The notes beneath the pieces were generated by a model, which saw only the letters and a list, made by a program, of their open reading frames with translations, had not been told where the DNA came from and made no database searches. A stretch of 64,000 nt of DNA from an uncultured bacterium (GTDB lineage Bacteria; Patescibacteriota; Minisyncoccia; Phycocordibacterales; UBA9973), in assembly GCA_903894565.1 (NCBI GenBank), contig CAITQP010000005.1:28971-92970 (forward strand), in the 5' to 3' direction. Both the position numbers and the translations under genes were made by a program. This document shows positions 57,392 to 64,000 of this stretch, piece after piece (position 1 is the first letter of the stretch; every line of letters starts with the position of its first letter).

Positions 57392-59992
57392 TTGAAAGAT
57401 AAAGAACATCAAAACTGGATACGTGTGCGTGGCGCAAAAACGCACAATCTCAAAAACGTCGATGTTGATATGCCTCGAGACAAAATGGTCGCAGTGACCG
57501 GAATGTCTGGTTCAGGAAAATCATCACTCGCGTTTGATACGATATTTGCAGAGGGTCAACGTCGATACGTTGAGTCGTTGTCTTCGTATGCCCGTCAATT
57601 CTTGCAACAAATGCCAAAGCCTGAGGTGGAAGAAATTACCGGACTTTCTCCTGCTATTTCGATCGATCAAAAATCTCGCTCGAACAATCCTCGTTCGACA
57701 GTCGCAACAATTACTGAAATTTACGATTATCTTCGTGTGCTCTATGCGCGTATCGGCCGACCATTTTCGCCGATCTCAGGACTCGAAGTAAAAAAACTTT
57801 CCAACCAAGAAATTTCTGATTTCGTTCTGAAGAAAGTAAAAGATGTTCTTAAGAATTCAAAAGGAAAAGAAAAAACAGTAATGGGTGTTTCATGGGTTGA
57901 TGCTCCGATTTCAATTTACGCACCACTCGTGCGTGGACGAAAAGGTGAGTACTATCAGTTGCTCTATGACATGCTTTCAAAGGGATATGAGAAGGCGCGT
58001 ATTGATGGAGCAGAACACAATCTCCGCGATCGAATCGAATTGTCCAAGAATGCAAAACATGAGATTGATATTCTCGTGGATTCGTTTGCCGTGCATGAAT
58101 TTACTGACCGACCAGCTGATATGGAAATGCGTTTGGCTGAAGCAATCGAGCGCGCGATTCTTGAGAGCGATGGATTGATCCGCATCGTAACCCCAGAAGA
58201 AGATTCACTTCTTTCTGCGAAACTCGTGTGTCCAGAAGATGGCTATGTATTTCCTGAAATCGAACCACGTTTGTTCTCCTTCAATTCACCATACGGTGCA
58301 TGTCCGTCATGTAACGGTCTTGGAACAAAACATTTTCTTGGAGGTGAACCATGTCCTGATTGTAAAGGAGCACGTCTTCGTGAAGAAGCACTCAATGTAT
58401 TTCTTGGCGGAAAAGAAAATGGAAAGAATATTGTTGATTTTACCAAGATGACTGTTCGTGATGCGCATGAATTTCTAAAGACACTCAAACTCACACCAAA
58501 AGAAAAAGAAATTGCAGCAGCTATATTGAAAGAGATCGGAGACCGTGTACAATTCATGCTCAACGTGGGTCTTGATTATCTTGGTCTTGATCGTCGAGCG
58601 AATACACTCAGTGGTGGAGAATCACAACGTATTCGCCTCGCATCTCAACTCGGCTCACGCCTTGTCGGTGCCATGTACGTCCTCGACGAACCAACGATAG
58701 GTCTCCATCAACGCGACAACGACAAACTCATTGCCACATTGCTCGAACTTCGCGATCTCGGAAACACGATCATCGTCGTTGAACATGACGAAGATACTAT
58801 TTACGCATCGGACTATATCGTTGATATTGGTCCGGCTGCTGGAGTACACGGCGGAAATATTATCGAAAGTGGCTGGCTCGATACGTTGCTTACGGCAAAA
58901 ACAAATCCATCAGGCAGTCGTACACTTGCGTATTTGCGTGGAGAAGCAAAAATTCCTGTACCAGAAAAACGTCGCGAAGCAGACAAAGGCAAATTGCAAA
59001 TTGTCGGTGCGAAGATTCACAATATTGATAATGTGAATGTAGATATTCCGCTTGGTCGCCTCGTGTGTATCACGGGAGTATCAGGTGCGGGGAAGTCGTC
59101 ATTCATGGACGACGTACTTGCTGCGAACCTGTCTGCTCAATTCGACAAAAAATATCGTTCAAACAATATTTATAATTGTTCAAAATTCCTCGGCCGTGAA
59201 TACCTCACTCGTGCAATTTTGATTGATCAAAGTCCAATTGGACGTACTCCTCGATCCAATATCGCGACGTATACAGGCGCATGGAGTCATATTCGTGATA
59301 TGTTTGCTGAGACGGAGGAAGCCCGACTTCGCGGATGGAAGGCAAATCGATTCTCTTTTAATGTGAAAGGTGGACGTTGTGAAGCGTGTGAAGGTCGCGG
59401 AGTCATTGCTGTTGAGATGCACTTTTTGCCGACAGTATATGTCACTTGCGATGTGTGTAATGGCAAACGTTTCGACAAAGAAACACTCAAAATAAAATTC
59501 AAAAAGAAGAATGTGTTTGAAGTATTGGAAATGACTGTTGAAGAAGCAAATATATTTTTCCGTGATATTCCAGCGATTAGTGATCGTTTACAAACATTGC
59601 TCGACGTAGGTCTCGGGTATATCAAAATCGGACAAAATGCGACAACACTCTCTGGTGGAGAAGCACAGCGTGTCAAAATAGCGAGTGAATTGTACCGCCC
59701 GTTTATTCACAAGGCGATGTATTTGCTCGATGAGCCGACAGTCGGACTTCACTATGACGACGTCGCGAATCTTGTTGATGTACTCCAGAAGCTCGTCGAT
59801 CGTGGTAACACTGTCGTCGTGATTGAACACAATCTAGACCTCATCAAATGCGCCGATCATCTCATCGACTTTGGTCCAGAAGGAGGAGACAAAGGAGGAA
59901 AGATTGTTGCAAAGGGAACACCCGAAGAAGTAGCAAACAATGCAAAGTCGCATACTGGCTACTATCTCAAGAAAGTACTGAAGAAAAAATAA
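57392..59992 (+). CDS. uvrA: Excinuclease ABC subunit A
   Basis: [22 protein letters not shown], two LSGGE signatures, zinc fingers; TTG start. Confidence 0.98.
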   Translation: MKDKEHQNWIRVRGAKTHNLKNVDVDMPRDKMVAVTGMSGSGKSSLAFDTIFAEGQRRYVESLSSYARQFLQQMPKPEVEEITGLSPAISIDQKSRSNNPRSTVATITEIYDYLRVLYARIGRPFSPISGLEVKKLSNQEISDFVLKKVKDVLKNSKGKEKTVMGVSWVDAPISIYAPLVRGRKGEYYQLLYDMLSKGYEKARIDGAEHNLRDRIELSKNAKHEIDILVDSFAVHEFTDRPADMEMRLAEAIERAILESDGLIRIVTPEEDSLLSAKLVCPEDGYVFPEIEPRLFSFNSPYGACPSCNGLGTKHFLGGEPCPDCKGARLREEALNVFLGGKENGKNIVDFTKMTVRDAHEFLKTLKLTPKEKEIAAAILKEIGDRVQFMLNVGLDYLGLDRRANTLSGGESQRIRLASQLGSRLVGAMYVLDEPTIGLHQRDNDKLIATLLELRDLGNTIIVVEHDEDTIYASDYIVDIGPAAGVHGGNIIESGWLDTLLTAKTNPSGSRTLAYLRGEAKIPVPEKRREADKGKLQIVGAKIHNIDNVNVDIPLGRLVCITGVSGAGKSSFMDDVLAANLSAQFDKKYRSNNIYNCSKFLGREYLTRAILIDQSPIGRTPRSNIATYTGAWSHIRDMFAETEEARLRGWKANRFSFNVKGGRCEACEGRGVIAVEMHFLPTVYVTCDVCNGKRFDKETLKIKFKKKNVFEVLEMTVEEANIFFRDIPAISDRLQTLLDVGLGYIKIGQNATTLSGGEAQRVKIASELYRPFIHKAMYLLDEPTVGLHYDDVANLVDVLQKLVDRGNTVVVIEHNLDLIKCADHLIDFGPEGGDKGGKIVAKGTPEEVANNAKSHTGYYLKKVLKKK

Positions 59993-60000
59993 TTGATCGT

Positions 60001-60996
60001 TTATCGTACGACAAGCATATCGTGGTGATACATACTCCACTCTTTTTCAAAAAGTGATTGGCTTATTTCGAGACGTCCGTATTCAGGATCGTTGACGAGA
60101 AGTATCATTTCTCCATTTATTTTTGTTTTATATCCAACAATTACATTTACGTGTGTTGGGATAAAAGGAATTGTTTTACCGCTCGGTGATTGATAGGTGA
60201 GGAGTGTTTCGTGCGGGAGATCATCAAGTGACGCAGTCCACACAATCACAGGATTATTGGAATCGATTTCATGAGTTATTGATGCAATGGTATTTTGTGT
60301 TGTTGCTTCGCTATTCGGGCGGTATTTTTGTGCGACACTGAGGACTGGTTCTTTGTCTGCTCCCCATCCAGTTGCTCCGAGTGTGCCTAGGCTATTGAAA
60401 AACCAACCTCTGACGTCACCGACGAATCCGAGTGACGGATCGCCCCAAATGTACTGTCCGCTTGTTTGTTTTTGTTTTTGAAACGGAAGAGCTTGAGGAA
60501 TTTCTTTTATGATGTCATCTTGGTTTTTGATTACTCCTTTATACGCGAGTGCCATTTCAAGACTTGCTGCCTCGCACGACAGCGGATAGATTTGTTCAAA
60601 AAGGGGAACTGAAAGAACGTGGGTTACCTCGTCAATTTTTGTGAGTGAGAAATTTCCGTTGATGGTAAATTTTGAATCGGAGATCGGTGTGTTGGTATTT
60701 GCGGTTAATTCTGTATTCATCATGGCGCGCGTGAGCGCGCCAATAGTACCGGTTGGCTCCATTTCGTGGATCATTTGATACTGTAATACAGCTGATGTTG
60801 TGAGTGTCCCATATGTTCCTGTTGGAGAAGGAATAGCAAGAAGATTCTCCCGAATGAGAATAGTTTGAGCACTGATGATTGATTGCTGTGCAAAATGATA
60901 GGGAATACCTTGCCAGAGAGAATACACAACGCTCGCGTTTGCGCTACGCGCAAACGCGAGCGTGCAGAACACAATCACAATGAGAGTTCGACGCAT
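60001..60996 (-). CDS. Secreted C39-like cysteine peptidase with peptidoglycan-binding domain
   Basis: Signal peptide; PG-binding TGTYGTLTTSAVLQYQ...TGTIGALTR; QIYPLSCEAASL, HVNVIVGY, NDP catalytic motifs. Confidence 0.85.
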   Translation of the reverse strand: MRRTLIVIVFCTLAFARSANASVVYSLWQGIPYHFAQQSIISAQTILIRENLLAIPSPTGTYGTLTTSAVLQYQMIHEMEPTGTIGALTRAMMNTELTANTNTPISDSKFTINGNFSLTKIDEVTHVLSVPLFEQIYPLSCEAASLEMALAYKGVIKNQDDIIKEIPQALPFQKQKQTSGQYIWGDPSLGFVGDVRGWFFNSLGTLGATGWGADKEPVLSVAQKYRPNSEATTQNTIASITHEIDSNNPVIVWTASLDDLPHETLLTYQSPSGKTIPFIPTHVNVIVGYKTKINGEMILLVNDPEYGRLEISQSLFEKEWSMYHHDMLVVR

Positions 60997-61022
60997 CGTA
61001 AACTCAATGGTAGTATGCAGAC

Positions 61023-62252
61023 ATGAAAAGTCAAGACGTGGCCAAAGCGAAATTGCCAGATACTCCAGGAGTATATTTTTTTCGCTTGGGCAGTGAAATT
61101 CTCTATATCGGCAAAGCAACATCCCTCCGTGACCGAACGAAGAGCTATTTTGCCAAAGACCTCATTGCTACTCGTGGTCCACTCATCGTCGATATGGTGT
61201 TCAAGGCTGACACGATTACATTCGAACAAACAGACTCCGTACTTGAAGCACTTATTCTTGAAGCAAATCTGATCAAGAAATATCAGCCGTATTACAATAC
61301 AAAAGAAAAGGACGATAAAAGTTGGAACTATGTTTGTATTACCAAAGGGGACTGTCCGATGGTGTTAGTTGAGCGCGGAAAGAATATCAATTTTGAGACG
61401 GGGACTACCTCAAATAGTGTGGTGTTGAGTGATTGGTACGGACCATTCACGAGCGGGACACAGCTCAAAGAAGCACTCAAAATTATTCGCAAAATTTTCC
61501 CTTTTGTCGATGCCTCGAGCGCGAAGCGCGACAACTATGAATTTTATCGGCAGCTTGGACTCACGCCCGATGTCTCGGGTGAGGAAAAGCTCACGGCATA
61601 TAAACGCAGTGTTCGTAACCTGAAGTTATTTTTTGAAGGAAAGAAAAAAACAATAGTGACCGAACTTGAACGAGAAATGAAGCTTGCTGCAAAGGCTGAG
61701 CGTTTTGAGGATGCGTCGCATATTCGCAATCAACTTTTTGCACTTGGTCATATCAATGATATCGCACTGCTAAAAAGTGATCCAAGTATTCGAAAAGAAA
61801 AAGCTGGTTTTCGGATCGAAGCATATGATGTTGCGCATATGAGCGGAAAAAACATGGTCGGTGTCATGACGGTCATGGAAGATGGTGAGGTAAACAAAAA
61901 AGAATACCGTACATTTACCGTGCGAGGATTTACGAAAGCAAACGATACGGGTGCTCTCGAGGAAATTCTCTCACGCAGACTTCGCCATACGGAATGGGGC
62001 ATGCCCGATCTCGTGGTGGCCGATGGAGGAGAGGCTCAGCTTCGTGTTGCTCGTCAGGTGCTTGATCGGTATCAACTAAAAGTTCCCGTTGTGTCTGTGG
62101 TCAAAGATGATCATCACAAGCCAAAAGATTTTTTGGGTGATATGGATATGGTAGAAAAACACAAAAAAGAAATCCTGTTAATGAATTCTGAGGCGCATCG
62201 TTTTTCGATTCGTCTACATAAAAACAAACGAGACAAGAATTTTTTGCCGTAA
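61023..62252 (+). CDS. uvrC: Excinuclease ABC subunit C (short, no C-terminal HhH domain evident)
   Basis: GIY-YIG PGVY...LYIGKA, UVR FEDASHIRN, RNaseH-like IEAYDVAH, PDLVVADGG. Confidence 0.92.
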   Translation: MKSQDVAKAKLPDTPGVYFFRLGSEILYIGKATSLRDRTKSYFAKDLIATRGPLIVDMVFKADTITFEQTDSVLEALILEANLIKKYQPYYNTKEKDDKSWNYVCITKGDCPMVLVERGKNINFETGTTSNSVVLSDWYGPFTSGTQLKEALKIIRKIFPFVDASSAKRDNYEFYRQLGLTPDVSGEEKLTAYKRSVRNLKLFFEGKKKTIVTELEREMKLAAKAERFEDASHIRNQLFALGHINDIALLKSDPSIRKEKAGFRIEAYDVAHMSGKNMVGVMTVMEDGEVNKKEYRTFTVRGFTKANDTGALEEILSRRLRHTEWGMPDLVVADGGEAQLRVARQVLDRYQLKVPVVSVVKDDHHKPKDFLGDMDMVEKHKKEILLMNSEAHRFSIRLHKNKRDKNFLP

Positions 62253-62269
62253 TGCGATATACTGAGTAT

Positions 62270-63202
62270 ATGATTCGTGTTGGAGTACTTCGTGGAGGAG
62301 CAGGAACAAATTACGAGCAATCACTCGCGAGTGGAGCCTACGTACTTAAACATCTTCCTTCTGATCGCTATGAATTGATTGATCTGTACATCGACACCGA
62401 GGGGACTTGGCATCTTGGAGGTCTTCCAGTTTCAGAAGAACGATTGCGTCATCGAGTAGATGTCATTTGGAATACACTGCTTGGTTATTTTGGAGCAGAT
62501 GGGAAAGTGCAACAATTGTTGGAACGGCTTGGAATTCAGTATACGGGGAGTGGCCCGCTCGCTTCAGCTATTGTCGCTAATCGCAAGTTACAAAAAGATC
62601 GACTCGCTACTCTCGGGATACTTACTCCCCGCGGAGTCTTTATTGAATCATGGGGAGAGGGATCATATGATGAAAAGGTTGTTGATGGTGTCGTTGGAAC
62701 AATTTCAAAAAAATTTTCTCCGCCATGGATTATCTCGCCACTGTATCCGAGTGACGATCCTTCGTCGGTGATTGCAAAAACCCGAGTTGACCTCACTGAC
62801 ATGCTTCAAGAGAAATGTCAGAACAAAATTCCAGTACTCGTTGAAGAAGCGGTATTCGGACAAAAAGTATCTGTTATTGCCTCGAGTGGTTTCCGCAAAC
62901 AAAAAACATATACATTTTTACCTGTTGAAAAAAAAGATGGTGCCTATCGAAAATTAAGTAAGAAAGAACGCGATAGTGTACAGCACATTGCGAAGCATTT
63001 GCATGAGAGCCTCGAGCTCGGTCCTTATTCGTGCGTACACGCGATTGTTTCTACGAAAGGGAAGGTATATATTCTCGGCATTGATACGGTGCCAGTCCTT
63101 CATTCAGAATCCGTACTTCATGAAATGCTCTCGTCCGTTGGCTCTTCGTTCGGTGAATTTTCGGAACATATGATCACTCATGCTCGTACGCGAAAGGTCT
63201 AG
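62270..63202 (+). CDS. D-Ala-D-Ala ligase-like ATP-grasp protein, degenerate motifs
   Basis: VGVLRGG...SLASG, GADGKVQQLLE.LGIQYTGSG..ASA...K; C-terminal GIDTVP where Ddl has EINT.P. Confidence 0.75.
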   Translation: MIRVGVLRGGAGTNYEQSLASGAYVLKHLPSDRYELIDLYIDTEGTWHLGGLPVSEERLRHRVDVIWNTLLGYFGADGKVQQLLERLGIQYTGSGPLASAIVANRKLQKDRLATLGILTPRGVFIESWGEGSYDEKVVDGVVGTISKKFSPPWIISPLYPSDDPSSVIAKTRVDLTDMLQEKCQNKIPVLVEEAVFGQKVSVIASSGFRKQKTYTFLPVEKKDGAYRKLSKKERDSVQHIAKHLHESLELGPYSCVHAIVSTKGKVYILGIDTVPVLHSESVLHEMLSSVGSSFGEFSEHMITHARTRKV

Positions 63203-63281
63203 ACCTCTTTTCCACATCCGGGTCGAGTTTTTTATGCAAGAAGAGTATACTTATATTACTAGTAATTAATTAGCAGTATTT

Positions 63282-63749
63282 ATGAAAAACAAACAAGCTG
63301 GTTTTACCCTTATTGAACTTTTGGTTGTTATCGCTATCATTGGAATTCTCGCAACGATAGTCCTTACATCACTTGGAAGTGCTCGTGTGAAGGCAAACGA
63401 TGCGAAGGTCCAAGCACAACTTTCTTCCATGCGTGCACAAGGAGAAATGTTCTTTGGTGATAATTCTAGCTACGGCAGTTCACAGTCTTCATACGGAGAT
63501 TGCCACACAGGTGAGTTGTTCCTTGCTGGATCAAACACGCTCTTCTCACTTATTTCTGCAATACCATCAACATACACTGTTACTTGTTACGAAGATCCAT
63601 ATGGCTCAGGAAGTGCAACTGCTTGGGGCGTCACTGCTTCGAACGGGCTCGCGATTGGAGGTGCTTCGTGGTGCGCGGATAGTACTGGCCAGTTTAAGAA
63701 CTACTCAGGATCAACTCCTGCGACCCCGTTGCTTGCTGTTTGTCAGTAA
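63282..63749 (+). CDS. Type IV pilin / pseudopilin
   Basis: Class III signal KNKQAG|FTLIELLVVIAIIGILA; C-terminal Cys pairs (WCADSTG). Confidence 0.92.
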   Translation: MKNKQAGFTLIELLVVIAIIGILATIVLTSLGSARVKANDAKVQAQLSSMRAQGEMFFGDNSSYGSSQSSYGDCHTGELFLAGSNTLFSLISAIPSTYTVTCYEDPYGSGSATAWGVTASNGLAIGGASWCADSTGQFKNYSGSTPATPLLAVCQ

Positions 63750-63765
63750 TGAGATTTTTTGATTA

Positions 63766-63809
63766 ACACGCAGTAAAAAAACGCCATTAGGCGTTTTTTT
63801 ACTGCGTGT
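63766..63809. terminator. 20-bp perfect inverted repeat, bidirectional terminator
   Basis: ACACGCAGTAAAAAAACGCC-ATTA-GGCGTTTTTTTACTGCGTGT. Confidence 0.8.
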
Positions 63810-63836
63810 ATCGTGTTGTCGAGAATCGAACGGTTG

Positions 63837-63909
63837 TGGACCCTAGGAGATTCGAACTCCTGACCTCCTCTTTGCAAAAGAGGCGCTCTACCAACTAAGC
63901 TAAGGGCCC
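63837..63909 (-). tRNA. tRNA-Ala(UGC)
   Basis: GGGCCCTTAGCTTAGTTGGTAGAGCG-CCTCT-TTTGCAA-AGAGG-AGGTCAGGAGTTCGAATCTCCT-AGGGTCCA; G3:U70 identity pair present. Confidence 0.96.
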
Positions 63910-64000
63910 AAAAAATAACTTCGGTATTGTAGCTTAGATTTATCTTTTTCGCAAGAAATGACTATTTTAATCAGACTATTTTAGGGCAAGAAATTCACTT

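Noticed and set aside
60997-61122. Extended start of the C39-like peptidase
   Set aside because: It overlaps uvrC; the signal peptide begins at MRRTLIV (60996).
1-64000. Genetic code 25 or 4 (TGA as sense) for the whole genome
   Set aside because: Long conserved genes (rpoB, rpoC, dnaE, uvrA) are intact under code 11 with no internal TGA; only one in-frame TGA was found.
1-64000. CRISPR array, IS element or prophage
   Set aside because: No regularly spaced direct repeats and no transposase, integrase or phage structural gene cluster were recognised.

Overview
A gene-dense stretch of core chromosome, most likely from a Patescibacteria/CPR bacterium of the Parcubacteria type. This taxonomy is inferred from the compact RpoB, TGS-less ThrRS, short UvrC and SMC, DUF5663-like and CPR-type Zn-ribbon proteins, and a type IV pilin. 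About 54 CDS and 2 tRNAs (Thr-UGU, Ala-UGC) are visible. Core genes include the 3' end of gyrB, thrS, dnaE, rnhB-rpmF-nusB-rnc-smc, rnr, rpsP-khpA...trmD, typA, rpoB-rpoC-dnaG-rpoD, tsf-rpsB, proS-mreB-mreC-tgt and uvrB-uvrA-uvrC. Accessory genes include a MacAB-like exporter, a HigBA-like TA pair, a full proABC operon, a processive GT2 synthase and several surface proteins. No CRISPR array, integrase, transposase or prophage was seen. The strongest oddities are: a NusB-Nudix fusion; an SMC about 430 aa short with no recognisable hinge; a Zn-ribbon gene with one in-frame TGA in a window where none of 54 genes ends in TGA; at least 11 genes with a -10 box exactly 6 nt before ATG (leaderless layout); a multibranch rpoB leader that can pair over the start codon; very long perfect palindromes, including C-GNA-G triloop hairpins and two inside coding regions; and a DUF5663-like plus 1139-aa modular protein pair. 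All family assignments come from motif recognition by eye, not from database searches.
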